Assembly: GCA_034005275.1 (NCBI GenBank)
Contig: JAVEVA010000004.1
Location: 25,355 to 89,354, forward strand
Reading direction: 5' to 3'
Source of the DNA: Thauera sp.
GTDB lineage: Bacteria; Pseudomonadota; Gammaproteobacteria; Burkholderiales; Rhodocyclaceae
DNA length: 64,000 bases
This document shows, in pieces, positions 55,507 through 64,000 of the stretch (the stretch's first letter is position 1; the number at the start of each line of letters is the position of its first letter). The notes beneath the pieces are model-generated. The model worked only from the letters and a program-made list of their open reading frames with translations. It made no database searches and had not been told where the DNA came from. The translations under genes were made by a program, and so were the position numbers.

Positions 55507-57393
55507 TCAGCGCAGGGCGCGATCAAGAATGGTACTGAACGGCCCGGGTTTCATGTAGCCAACCACGCGCAGACCATCGATTTCCTCGCCCTGACGATCG
55601 AAAAAGATGATTCCCGGTGGGCCGAACAGCTCGAAGCGCTTGAGCAAGGCTTTGTCTTCAGCTGAGTTGGCGGTGACATCGGCTTTGAGCAGCAGCATGT
55701 TGTCCATGCGGGCGGCGACCGCGCCGTCGCTGAAGGTGAAACGTTCCATTTCCTTGCAGGACACGCACCAGTCGGCGTAGAAATCGAGCATCACCGGACG
55801 GCTGCTTTCTGCCAGTCGGGCATCGAGCTCCGCCACCGATGCGACACGCTCGAATTGCGGCTGGCTGGCGGGAGCGCTGATTCCGGTGCCGGCAAGAAAA
55901 CCCAGCGGCTGCAGCGGGTCGCGTGCGCCGCCGAGTGCGCCGGCGAGTTGAGCTGCGCCGGCAAGCAGCAGCAGTACTCCGCAGGCTTTCCAGAAACGTT
56001 GCCAGCCGCCGGCTTCGGCCGGCAAAGGGTCGAGTGCGCGCAGGAATACGGCGGAAAACAGCAGCAGCGTCGCCCAGCCGATCATCAGCGCTGGCAGTGG
56101 CAGCAGCGGGGTGAGCAGCCACAGCGCCACTGCCAGCAGCAGCACGCCAAACGCTTTTTTCACCCCTTCCATCCACGGGCCGACTTTCGGCAGCAGGCTG
56201 CGTGAAGCGAGCCCGACCGCCAGCAGCGGCACGCCCATGCCCAGTGCCATGACGAACAGCGCCAGACCGCCGAGCACCGCGTCGCCGGTGCGAGCGATGT
56301 AGAGCAGCGCGCCAGCGAGCGGGGCGGCGACGCAAGGGCCGACGATGAGCGCGGACAGCGCCCCCATCACTGCCACGCCCGGCAGGCTGCCGCCTTTGCG
56401 GGCGATGCCGCTGTGTGCCAGCCGGCTTTGCAGGGCGGCAGGCATCTGCAGCTCGTAGAAGCCGAACATCGACAAGGACAGCAGGACGAAGACCAGGGCA
56501 AAGAAGGACAGCACCCAGACGTTTTGCAAGGCGGCGCTCAGCATGGTGCCCGACAGGCCGGCCGCGACGCCAGCCAGCGCGTAGGTCAGCGCCATGCCCA
56601 GTACATAGGCAAGCGAAAGGCTGAAAGCGCGTCCGTGCGAGCTGTGTTCTCCCTGACCGACGATGATGCTCGACAGGATGGGAATCATCGGGAACGTGCA
56701 CGGAGTGAAGGCGAGCAGCAGGCCGAAGCCGAAAAAGCTGAGCAGGATGAGGGCCAGGCCGGCGTCACCGAGCAGGCGGGCGATGTCGCCACTTTCGTCA
56801 CCGCCGGCGAGGAGGCTCGGCTGGGGGCTTGCACTGTCCGGGCCGCTGCTGGCAAATCCGCCGCTGTTCAGCTTGCCAAGAAAGCTGGTGTCGGCGGTTT
56901 GCTGCGGACTGGCGTCGAGGTCGATCAGCGTACTCTGGGTGAGCGGCGGATAGCAGATGCCGCCGTCCCAGCAGCCCTGGCTGGTGACGAACAGTTCGAA
57001 CTGGCGCTGCCCGGTGCTGTTGAGCGGCAACAGGATGCGCAAGAGGCCGCGATGAGTTTCGACTTCACCGAAAAAGTCGTCCTTGTGCAGCTTGCCGGCC
57101 GGCTTGAGCGCCGACTCGAAGGTGGTGGTGTCGGGTTCGGCTTCGAAGCGGAACTTGTCGCCGTAAAGGTAATACGCCTTGTTGATGTCGAAAATGACTT
57201 CGACTGTGTGCTCATCGATCGCCTGTGCCTGCATCGGGAAAGCCAGTTCCGGTGCAATCGGATTGGCGCGGGCTGGCGCGGCGAGCAGCAGGCTGCAGAG
57301 CAGGGCGAACAGCAGCAGGAAGCGGGCTGACGTGGCCAATGGGGCAGAGTTGGCAAATCGGGCTGAGCTGGAAAACGGAGCAGTCAACGGCAT
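55507..57393 (-). CDS. dsbD: thiol:disulfide interchange protein DsbD
   Basis: N-terminal periplasmic domain, TM core 'LAFTPCTFPMIP' and 'VGPCVAAPL', and a C-terminal thioredoxin 'DFYADWCVSCKEME'. I chose the ATG at 57393, 16 nt after the cutA stop; the ATG at 57429 is an alternative. Confidence 0.9.
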   Translation of the reverse strand: MPLTAPFSSSARFANSAPLATSARFLLLFALLCSLLLAAPARANPIAPELAFPMQAQAIDEHTVEVIFDINKAYYLYGDKFRFEAEPDTTTFESALKPAGKLHKDDFFGEVETHRGLLRILLPLNSTGQRQFELFVTSQGCWDGGICYPPLTQSTLIDLDASPQQTADTSFLGKLNSGGFASSGPDSASPQPSLLAGGDESGDIARLLGDAGLALILLSFFGFGLLLAFTPCTFPMIPILSSIIVGQGEHSSHGRAFSLSLAYVLGMALTYALAGVAAGLSGTMLSAALQNVWVLSFFALVFVLLSLSMFGFYELQMPAALQSRLAHSGIARKGGSLPGVAVMGALSALIVGPCVAAPLAGALLYIARTGDAVLGGLALFVMALGMGVPLLAVGLASRSLLPKVGPWMEGVKKAFGVLLLAVALWLLTPLLPLPALMIGWATLLLFSAVFLRALDPLPAEAGGWQRFWKACGVLLLLAGAAQLAGALGGARDPLQPLGFLAGTGISAPASQPQFERVASVAELDARLAESSRPVMLDFYADWCVSCKEMERFTFSDGAVAARMDNMLLLKADVTANSAEDKALLKRFELFGPPGIIFFDRQGEEIDGLRVVGYMKPGPFSTILDRALR

Positions 57394-57409
57394 CGTGAAA
57401 GTGGGCAGA

Positions 57410-57784
57410 TCAGTCAATCGGGGTGTCATCGCTGGCAGGCGTGGTGACAGATGAGGTGGCAGATGAGGCGGCTGTTTCGCCGGCGACCCAGGCGAGGTAG
57501 GCAGGCAGGCCATGCTCCACAGAGACCGCGATGATCTCGGGAAGTTCGTAAGGGTGCAGATGGCGGATGCAGCGTTCGAGCGCCGGATAGGCGGTGGCGG
57601 TAGTTTTGATCAGCAGCGGATATTCGCTGGCGTGCTCGATTTCATCCTGCCAGCGATAGACCGAAGTGCAGGGCGCCAGGATGTTGACGCAGGCTGCGAG
57701 GCGCTGATCGATCAGCGCTTCGGCGAGGGTGCGGGCGCTGGCCGCGTCGGGAAGATTGCTGACAACCAGCAGGGTTTCGGACAT
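57410..57784 (-). CDS. cutA: divalent-cation tolerance protein CutA
   Basis: 'LAACVNILAPCTSVYRWQDEIEHASEYPLLIKT', 'HPYELPEIIAV'. Confidence 0.9.
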   Translation of the reverse strand: MSETLLVVSNLPDAASARTLAEALIDQRLAACVNILAPCTSVYRWQDEIEHASEYPLLIKTTATAYPALERCIRHLHPYELPEIIAVSVEHGLPAYLAWVAGETAASSATSSVTTPASDDTPID

Positions 57785-57880
57785 CGACAGTCTCCGCAAG
57801 GACAGGCCTGCTGCGCGGGCAGCAGCGGCCCGGGAGGTGAAGCAATGGTTTGAACCAGTGACGTGACCCGGTGGCTTGAA

Positions 57881-58549
57881 TCAGTCGCGGGGGCCGAGAG
57901 TGCTGAGCAGGTGGGCGCGGATCAGGTGCAGCTTGCCGTGGAAGAAGTGGTCGGCCCCAGGGATGATGCACACCACCCGCTCCTGAGGACGGGCCCAGTC
58001 AAGGACGTTGGCGATCGGGACGGTGTCGTCGACTTCGCCGTGCAGGATGACGGCGGGGAGGTCTGCGGGCAGATTTGGCGTCCGGTAGTTGCGGCCGCTG
58101 CCGGTGGTTTCGCCAGTCGCGGTGCCAACCAGGATCAGTTGCTGCGGCGGTTGGCCGCTGTCGGCAAGCTGATTGGCGAGCTGGCTCTGCACGTAACTGC
58201 CGAAGGAAAAACCGGCAAGAGTCAGTGGCAGCTTGCCCCAGCGCGCCTGTGCCCAGTTGAGCACGCTCAACATGTCGGCCGTTTCGCCCACGCCTTCATC
58301 GTGTTCGCCGGCGCTGAGGCCGACACCACGAAAATTGGGCCGCAGACAGACGTAGCCGAGCTCGCGCAGGGTGCGCGCCAGGGTGTGCACCACCTTGTTG
58401 GTGTTGCTGCCGCCAAACAGCGGATGCGGGTGGCCGATCAGCGCAATCCCGCGCGGGCTGTCCGGCTTGGTCGGACTGTCGATCAGGGTGTCGATGTTGC
58501 CGGCTGCACCTTCGATGAGGACGGACTCGGTGGGCAAGGGGCGGCTCAT
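57881..58549 (-). CDS. alpha/beta hydrolase (COG2945-like)
   Basis: 'GIALIGHPHPLFGGSNTNKVV', 'LRPNFRGVGLSAG', nucleophile elbow 'LAGFSFGSYV', 'GADHFFHGKL'. Confidence 0.8.
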   Translation of the reverse strand: MSRPLPTESVLIEGAAGNIDTLIDSPTKPDSPRGIALIGHPHPLFGGSNTNKVVHTLARTLRELGYVCLRPNFRGVGLSAGEHDEGVGETADMLSVLNWAQARWGKLPLTLAGFSFGSYVQSQLANQLADSGQPPQQLILVGTATGETTGSGRNYRTPNLPADLPAVILHGEVDDTVPIANVLDWARPQERVVCIIPGADHFFHGKLHLIRAHLLSTLGPRD

Positions 58550-58875
58550 GATTGCTCCGGTGTTTCCGGCAGGTGCAGGCGTTCGACGATGCGGCCGTGG
58601 ACCAGATGCTGGTCGATGATTTCGTCGATGTCTTCCTGGTCGACATAGGTGTACCAGGTTTCCTGCGGGTAGATCGCGATCACCGGACCGTCGTCACAGC
58701 GGCCGAGACAGCCGGCCTTGTTGATGCGCACCGCACCCTTGCCGTTCAGGCCGAGGGCGCGGATGCGCTCCTTGGCATAGGTCTGCAGTGCGCTGGCCTG
58801 ATGATCGTTGCAGCAGGTTTTGCCGTCATCGCGCTGATTGCAGCAGAAAAAGACGTGATGCTGGAAGTAGGACAT
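58546..58875 (-). CDS. thioredoxin-like [2Fe-2S] ferredoxin domain protein
   Basis: 'HHVFFCCNQRDDGKTCC', 'AGCLGRCDDGPVIAIYPQETWY'. ATGA overlap with the hydrolase gene. Confidence 0.8.
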   Translation of the reverse strand: MSYFQHHVFFCCNQRDDGKTCCNDHQASALQTYAKERIRALGLNGKGAVRINKAGCLGRCDDGPVIAIYPQETWYTYVDQEDIDEIIDQHLVHGRIVERLHLPETPEQS

Positions 58876-58923
58876 GGGTTGGCAGATGAGTGAGGGGTGG
58901 GGATGGGGGAAGGACGCGGTCGA

Positions 58924-60018
58924 TTATAGGCTTTCTCCCCTGCGTCGGGCGCTGAGGTGCTCGCCACGCCACAGGCCGAGGGCCGACAGATAGGCGAGCG
59001 CGGCAAATGGCCACAGGCTGTCGACCAGTTCGGTTAGACCGTGAAAATTGAGGATGTTGCTGATCTGGTTGAGCTGCTGGTGGTAAGGCAGGTAAGGGTT
59101 GTCCGGCATGATGTTCACCAGTGCGGTGGCAGTGAGCAGGGCGGTGCCGGCCAGTGCATGCTGGATCAGGCGCGGCAGCAGCAGACCGAGCAGCAGCAAG
59201 GGGGTGCCGATCAGCAGGCCGCGGCTGGCACCGGGAGTGAGCCAGGTGAGCGCCGAGCCGCTGGCAAAGAACACCGTGCTGGACAGCGCCTTGGCGGCGA
59301 CGCCGAGCGCCAGCAGGATGAGCAGTGGCGCCGGGTTGGGCGTGCGGATCATGCAGCGCGCAAGCAGGCCGACGCCCAGCATCGCACTGGCGGTCAGTGC
59401 GCTGTCGAAGGCGATGAAGCGTTCGGCGCTGAAAGGTAGCGGCGCCGCAATGCCGAGCAGGCGGCGCAGGTCGCCGCTGGAAAACAGCAGATCATGGACG
59501 CTGAGCTGCGCCAGCAGCCAGAGGCCGAGCAGGATCAGGCCGGCGTCACCGCTGCGGCCGCGGATGAAGCAGTTTTCGCGCCAGCGCCGCACCAGACCGC
59601 CGCGGCCGAACCAGGCTTTGCCCCAGCCCGCGCCGAGCAGGGCGCCCAGGCTGGCGCCGATCAGATTGCCGGCGATGTCGAGATTGCTGGCGACCCGGCT
59701 GGGGAGGAAGTTCTGCAGCGTCTCGAGGCTGAAACTGAGCAGGGTGGCCAGCAGGGCGGTGAGCAGCACGCTGCGTGCGCGGGAGTGGCGATGAACCAGG
59801 CTGCTGGCCACCAGCAGGCCAAACGGCAGGTAGCCGGCGATGTTGAACAGCAGATCGTTGAGGATGAAATACTTCGGCCAGGGGGCGAGCAGATAGTCCA
59901 GCGCCGGCAAGCCGCTGCTGTACCAGCCGCTGAAAGGGTGCAGGCAGGCGTAGCAGATGAGCGCGCTCCAGGCGAGCGCAAGATTGCGCGGCAGAGCTGG
60001 GCTGGACGAAGGCTTCAT
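58924..60018 (-). CDS. VanZ-family membrane protein
   Basis: 'DLLFNIAGYLPFGLL', 'LETLQNFLPSRVASNLDIAGNLIGASLGALLG', plus further TM segments. I chose the ATG at 60018. Confidence 0.75.
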   Translation of the reverse strand: MKPSSSPALPRNLALAWSALICYACLHPFSGWYSSGLPALDYLLAPWPKYFILNDLLFNIAGYLPFGLLVASSLVHRHSRARSVLLTALLATLLSFSLETLQNFLPSRVASNLDIAGNLIGASLGALLGAGWGKAWFGRGGLVRRWRENCFIRGRSGDAGLILLGLWLLAQLSVHDLLFSSGDLRRLLGIAAPLPFSAERFIAFDSALTASAMLGVGLLARCMIRTPNPAPLLILLALGVAAKALSSTVFFASGSALTWLTPGASRGLLIGTPLLLLGLLLPRLIQHALAGTALLTATALVNIMPDNPYLPYHQQLNQISNILNFHGLTELVDSLWPFAALAYLSALGLWRGEHLSARRRGESL

Positions 60019-60222
60019 GGGCAGAGAGCCTAGCGCAGTGTGCTGGAAGTGCAAGTGTCACTGGACGCAACGGGTGTGGCACGGACTGAGACTGGTGCTG
60101 GTATCGGCTGCTGTTCAAGCTTGGGCGTGATGCTTGCCAAGCTCGATGTTGCAGTGCACAATAGATCATTCATGAAAAGCTGCGGCTTGCCGTCCGTGCG
60201 TGCAGCTACAAGGGAGAACAAT

Positions 60223-60738
60223 ATGAACATCACTACTGCCTTCGATCAGTCAGCCTTGAAAGCTGCCACTCAGTCCCGCGTCAACGAGCTTGAACTTGGA
60301 GCGCAGGCCTGGTTGTCGTTGGTTGAGCATGTCTGTGCGCTCAATCTGAACGCTGCCCGTGCTGCGCTGGACGAGGTCGAGGCGAGTAGTCGTGCCGTCT
60401 TTGCCGCGCGTGAGCCGGAAGCGCTGCTCGGCATCGAGTTCGACCTGGCCAATCAGGCACAGCAGCAGCTGTTTGCTTATGGTCGCGGTCTGGCCGGTGT
60501 CGCTGCCACGGCCCATGGCGAGGTAAGCAAGCTGGCCGAGTTTGCCCTGTCGCAATGGCTGCAGGGCCTGATCATCGGGCTCGATCATTTCAATCGTTCG
60601 CTGCCGCAGGGTGCCGGCATGGCTGCCAATCTCGCTTCACGCAGTGCACAGCTGAGTGCCAGCCAGGTGTTGTCGGCCTATGAGCAGCTGGTGAAGATTG
60701 GTACCGGACTCAAGAGCGGAGAGCAGCCTCGGATGTGA
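60223..60738 (+). CDS. phasin (PhaP) family protein
   Basis: An Ala/Gln/Leu-rich helical protein, 'QSRVNELELGAQAWLSLVEHVCALNLNAARAALDE', about 170 aa, with RBS AGGGAGA. The ATG at 60223 replaces the track start at 60040. Confidence 0.7.
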   Translation: MNITTAFDQSALKAATQSRVNELELGAQAWLSLVEHVCALNLNAARAALDEVEASSRAVFAAREPEALLGIEFDLANQAQQQLFAYGRGLAGVAATAHGEVSKLAEFALSQWLQGLIIGLDHFNRSLPQGAGMAANLASRSAQLSASQVLSAYEQLVKIGTGLKSGEQPRM

Positions 60739-60792
60739 GCTGTTCGTTCTGTGTCATCGCCATCAAGCGGAGCAGCCTGATCGGGCGTCCGC

Positions 60793-61356
60793 TCAGGTTC
60801 GCCCCGTCGCCGCCAAACCGGCCGCTGACCACAAGTGGTTGAAATCATCGCCCACGCCCCAGCCGACGTCTTGTCCCAGCTGGCGCACCCGGTCCAGGCG
60901 GGTCAGGAATCCGGGCTGTTGTGTGGTGGACAAGGCGAGCACATATTTCAATGCCTGCTCGAACATCCGCACCAGTGCGTCGAAAAAGCCTTCGTCGTCC
61001 ATGCCGCAGTCGGCGAGAAAATCGAATACCTCCTCACAATAGAACACCGTGAGTTCGGCCAAACCTTCGGGCAGGCCCAATGCCTTTTTGTAATCGCTGA
61101 TGGCTTTCTTGGCCTTGGCCACAGACTGCGGCTTGCGATAATCCGGCGGGTTGACCCATCGCGTGATGATCGCCTTGTATGGCTCCAGCGGATCATCTCC
61201 CAGCGCAAACCGGGCATGAAGGAAGGCCTGGTTGTCCTTGCTGGCAGCGTACAGATCTTGCACCAGCCTCAGCAAACCAGCGCGGTCGAAATCAGCCAGC
61301 CTGGTTTTGACGTCGCTCCAGGTCGGTTTGGCTTTGGTGACATTCTTCGTGGCCAT
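60793..61356 (-). CDS. hypothetical protein, co-oriented 37-46 nt downstream of the helicase-nuclease gene
   Basis: Protein-like composition ('LLRLVQDLYAASKDNQAFLHARFALGDDPLEPYKAIITRWVNPP'). ATG at 61356 with AAGGA upstream; the track start at 61365 is a TTG. I could not place the family with confidence. Confidence 0.6.
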   Translation of the reverse strand: MATKNVTKAKPTWSDVKTRLADFDRAGLLRLVQDLYAASKDNQAFLHARFALGDDPLEPYKAIITRWVNPPDYRKPQSVAKAKKAISDYKKALGLPEGLAELTVFYCEEVFDFLADCGMDDEGFFDALVRMFEQALKYVLALSTTQQPGFLTRLDRVRQLGQDVGWGVGDDFNHLWSAAGLAATGRT

Positions 61357-61401
61357 GCGGGTCAATCCTTGTTCGTGTCGGTAGAAAAACGGTTTGTTTG
61401 C

Positions 61402-64000
61402 TCACGTCAGCGCCTCCTCGATCCACTCCCAGCGCTTGTCCTTGACCATCACGAAACGGCATCGCCCTTCTGACAGTTTGGCCCACAGGCCGCCAATCAA
61501 GCGATCATCCTCAGCCCCGTTCCAGCGATCAGCCCCCTTGTATTCAACCGCCAGAATCAGCCCCGGTTTGTCCGCTGAACCGGGCAATTGGCAGAGGAAG
61601 TCGGGGTAGAAGCGCCCATCCGCTTTCTGCAGGAAGAATGAGCAGCCCTCGCGCCGAACGAGGTTGCGTACCCAGAACTGGATGCGATCCTGTTGCGCCC
61701 ACATATCCAACTGGCAGGCGCACTCGAACTCTTCCTTGCTGTCGAAGTCGCCGATGCGGCCGTAGAAATGCCTGCGGAACTCGAAATGTCCGAAGCGTCC
61801 GTCGTAGTCTCGGCTGGGTGCGTAGGCCTGGGCGTGAAACTCGAAGGTGTATTGATCCGTCACTGCCACGCGTGCCGCTGCATCGTCACCAAACAAGGCC
61901 TGCTGAAAAGCCTTGCCCACGGCCAGCTTGCGTAGTTCTCGAATGCGCGCCTCCAGCAGATTGCGGATCAGAAATTTCTGCAGGTTGGCACGTGCCAGCG
62001 TGAAACCCGCTCGGCGCAGCAGATCGGTGAGCCATGCGGCAACAAACGCCTGTTTACTGGTATGGGTCAGCGATGGTTCCGGCAGATTGCGGCACAGCCA
62101 GGCAGCAATACGGATCTCATTCCAGTTTTCGGGTTGGTAGACCAGACCCAGATCGCGCTGCAACTCTGGCAAGAAGCGTGATACCACGCGGCCACCATCG
62201 TCAATGTCGACCTCCCCGCCTTCCGACACCTTCAATGCCGCGCCCAGCACTTTCAAATCAGCGTCCGTCGGCACCGCGTCGTAAGGCGAGAGGTCCCACG
62301 GATAATCCAACACCTCCGGGTCATCAAACAACGCCAATTCGCCTTGCCCGCCTGGCACGCGCAAAGCCAACTGCGGTACGCGGAAGCGTTCGCCCAACTC
62401 GGCCGGGGTCTGGAAAAACTCAATTGCCGTGGTGCGACTGACTTTGGCGGCTTCGACAATGGCCGCCGCCGCTGTTTCGGAGGCCACCGATGCCTTGAGC
62501 ACCTCAGTCTCATCTTCGGTCAGCGGGGTGCTGATGGTCAGCGTGTTGAGCTTGCGGTCCCAGCTCAGTTTGTCGCGCACCGGCCTGGGCACACTCTTGA
62601 GATCAGGTTTTTCGGGCAAGGCAATCACCACGGGGCGAACCACCACGCGTCCAGCGTGGCCCTCCAGATCCAGACGTGCCTGCTCGGGCAAGGCTGCCGT
62701 GACGAACTCGGCCACCTCGCGCCGTTCAAAACCTGCGCCTGCCACCAGCCTGTCGCGCAGCGCGCCGGCAGTTTCGGCAAAGTTGCGTGACACCACGAAG
62801 GCATACGACTGGTTCAATGCTTTCGCTTGCCGATGATTCGCACCGGGTTGCCGCAGCACGCGCCCCAGCAGCTGCTCTACTGCCGTGGCCGATGACAGTG
62901 AGGCCATGCTTACCAGAATGTAGGCAAACGGGCAGTCCCAGCCTTCGGCCAGTGCCTTCTGGGTGATGACGAACTTCACCGGACAGGTCGGATCGGCAAT
63001 GCCCAGCTTGTAGTCGGCATCAAGTTGTTCCAGCCCTTTTTCCTCGCCAGTGGCCACCACGATTTCGCTGGCAGGTATGCCGTGATTGGTGATCAGCTCA
63101 TGCCTCACCCTTTCGAAATCCAGTGTTTCGACACCTGCGCGGCGCGGTTCCGATTGAATCAACACCAGCGGGCGCAAATACGCTGCCCCGGCGCGACGTT
63201 CTTCATCCGCCAGCTTGTGCAGCGCATCGCGCCGGCCAATGGCATCGGCCAGGCACTGTTGCCAATTGGGCTCCGTCTGCAAGATCACTGGCAGCTTGAT
63301 CATTTCTTCCGCCTTCAATTCGGCGGCGGACACGCTGTGCAGCACGTTGCTCGGCGTGCGCGTGAGATCGGGCGTGGCGGTTAGCTCCATCACTCCGCTG
63401 GGACGAAAGCGCGCCAGCATGTCGAATGCCAGCTCGGTGCGGCTGTTGTGCGCCTCATCCACCACCACGAACGGCCGGCGCAGGCGCAGCACGTTGGCCA
63501 GTGAATACGGCGTGATGCGATCAACGCCTTCGCCATCGGTCAGCAGTTCGTCACGCTGGCTGGGTGAAAGATTGTCGAAGTGGTGCATCAGCGCGCCGCT
63601 GCTCTGGTACACCTTGCGGCACTCCTCGTCCTCCACTTGAAACGCCTGTCGCGTGGCAACAATGATGGTGGTCGAGCTGTCCAGCGTGGCGCGGGTGACG
63701 CTTTTGGCTTCCTCCAGATCAAGCACTGTGATCGGTCCCGCCTCGCGCAGCGCGCTGTGATACGGATGGCTGCGGTCCTTCAGTGCCTTGATCGTTTGTG
63801 CGCGAATCGGCTTGCTGGGCACCAGCCACAGGATCACGCTGTGCTCGCAGCGCAGCAGGTGCATATTGACGAGCACCACGCTTTTCGCCGCCAGCCAGGT
63901 CTTGCCACCGCCCGTGGGCACCCGCAGGCAAAAGTACGGCATATCGACAGGGAAGCCCGATAGCGGGTTGTACGGATTGCCGCGACCCCACAGCCGCTCG
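61402..64000 (-). CDS. SF2 DEAH helicase with C-terminal PD-(D/E)XK-like nuclease motif (type III restriction Res-like); N-terminus outside the window
   Basis: Motif I 'VPTGGGKTWLAA', motif II 'VVVDEAHNS', motif III 'LTATPD', motifs V/VI 'ALAEGWDCPFAYILV ... LLGRVLR'. C-terminus 'FYPDFLCQL...LILAVEYKG'. The frame stays open from 63943 to 64000 ('ERLWGRGNPYNPLSGFPVD' precedes the listed Met). Confidence 0.8.
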   Translation of the reverse strand, partial: ERLWGRGNPYNPLSGFPVDMPYFCLRVPTGGGKTWLAAKSVVLVNMHLLRCEHSVILWLVPSKPIRAQTIKALKDRSHPYHSALREAGPITVLDLEEAKSVTRATLDSSTTIIVATRQAFQVEDEECRKVYQSSGALMHHFDNLSPSQRDELLTDGEGVDRITPYSLANVLRLRRPFVVVDEAHNSRTELAFDMLARFRPSGVMELTATPDLTRTPSNVLHSVSAAELKAEEMIKLPVILQTEPNWQQCLADAIGRRDALHKLADEERRAGAAYLRPLVLIQSEPRRAGVETLDFERVRHELITNHGIPASEIVVATGEEKGLEQLDADYKLGIADPTCPVKFVITQKALAEGWDCPFAYILVSMASLSSATAVEQLLGRVLRQPGANHRQAKALNQSYAFVVSRNFAETAGALRDRLVAGAGFERREVAEFVTAALPEQARLDLEGHAGRVVVRPVVIALPEKPDLKSVPRPVRDKLSWDRKLNTLTISTPLTEDETEVLKASVASETAAAAIVEAAKVSRTTAIEFFQTPAELGERFRVPQLALRVPGGQGELALFDDPEVLDYPWDLSPYDAVPTDADLKVLGAALKVSEGGEVDIDDGGRVVSRFLPELQRDLGLVYQPENWNEIRIAAWLCRNLPEPSLTHTSKQAFVAAWLTDLLRRAGFTLARANLQKFLIRNLLEARIRELRKLAVGKAFQQALFGDDAAARVAVTDQYTFEFHAQAYAPSRDYDGRFGHFEFRRHFYGRIGDFDSKEEFECACQLDMWAQQDRIQFWVRNLVRREGCSFFLQKADGRFYPDFLCQLPGSADKPGLILAVEYKGADRWNGAEDDRLIGGLWAKLSEGRCRFVMVKDKRWEWIEEALT

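Noticed and set aside
55416-55507. Looked for an FMN riboswitch upstream of the ribE-ribBA-ribH-nusB block.
   Set aside because: The spacer is only about 90 nt, and I could not recognise the conserved FMN-element helices or core. There is no support from the sequence.
55658-56701. 347-aa ORF on the same strand as dsbD but in another frame.
   Set aside because: It is entirely nested in dsbD, whose own frame shows the conserved Cys motifs and TM helices. The alternative frame is Arg/Pro/Ala noise.
57445-57470. 12-nt tandem duplication 'cagatgaggtgg cagatgaggcgg' at the 3' end of cutA.
   Set aside because: It is only two imperfect copies inside a coding tail, with no evident functional implication.
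60835-61473. 212-aa plus-strand ORF opposite the small gene downstream of the helicase.
   Set aside because: The minus-strand frame has an RBS, balanced Lys/Asp/Glu content and operon-like spacing. The plus-strand frame has shadow-ORF composition.

Overview
High-GC (about 60-65% by eye) chromosomal segment. Gene content and REP-type repeats suggest a betaproteobacterium, possibly Rhodocyclales-like, but this taxonomic guess is unverified. All family calls come from reading the supplied translations and recalling family motifs; no searches were run. Gene starts were re-picked by hand, because the ORF track prints M for GTG and TTG starts and often over-extends N-termini.

Most of the window is ordinary core genome:
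- ptsH-ptsI followed by a livG/livF ATPase pair
- a BCCT transporter
- a DUF294 nucleotidyltransferase plus DnaQ-like exonuclease pair
- livH/livM/binding-protein genes, ubiX, mutY, hupB
- a polar amino-acid ABC transporter, bioB, the nusB-ribH-ribBA-ribE block
- dsbD-cutA and a phasin gene

Four regions stand out:
1. 9.5-19.4 kb: an eight-gene, translationally coupled Wsp-like chemosensory operon. Its output protein is an unusual Hpt-REC-REC-GGDEF diguanylate cyclase.
2. 19.5-28.1 kb: an accessory island with no integrase. It carries a class II Fic protein, two type II toxin-antitoxin pairs, a 1171-aa MmeI-family type IIL restriction-modification enzyme and an AAA-ATPase/PD-(D/E)XK gene. A degenerate copy of that last gene's 3' end sits at the opposite edge of the island, 7 kb away.
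3. 60.8-64.0 kb: a helicase-nuclease (type III Res-like) gene that runs off the window, followed by a small unknown gene.
4. Several orphan oddities: a [NiFe]-hydrogenase large-subunit-like protein without the metal-binding cysteines, a 724-aa membrane protein with a canonical EF-hand loop, and a frameshifted sensor diguanylate cyclase.

Two REP-like repeat families populate intergenic regions, one of them as a 2.5-copy tandem array. I recognised no rRNA, tRNA, CRISPR array, transposase or integrase.
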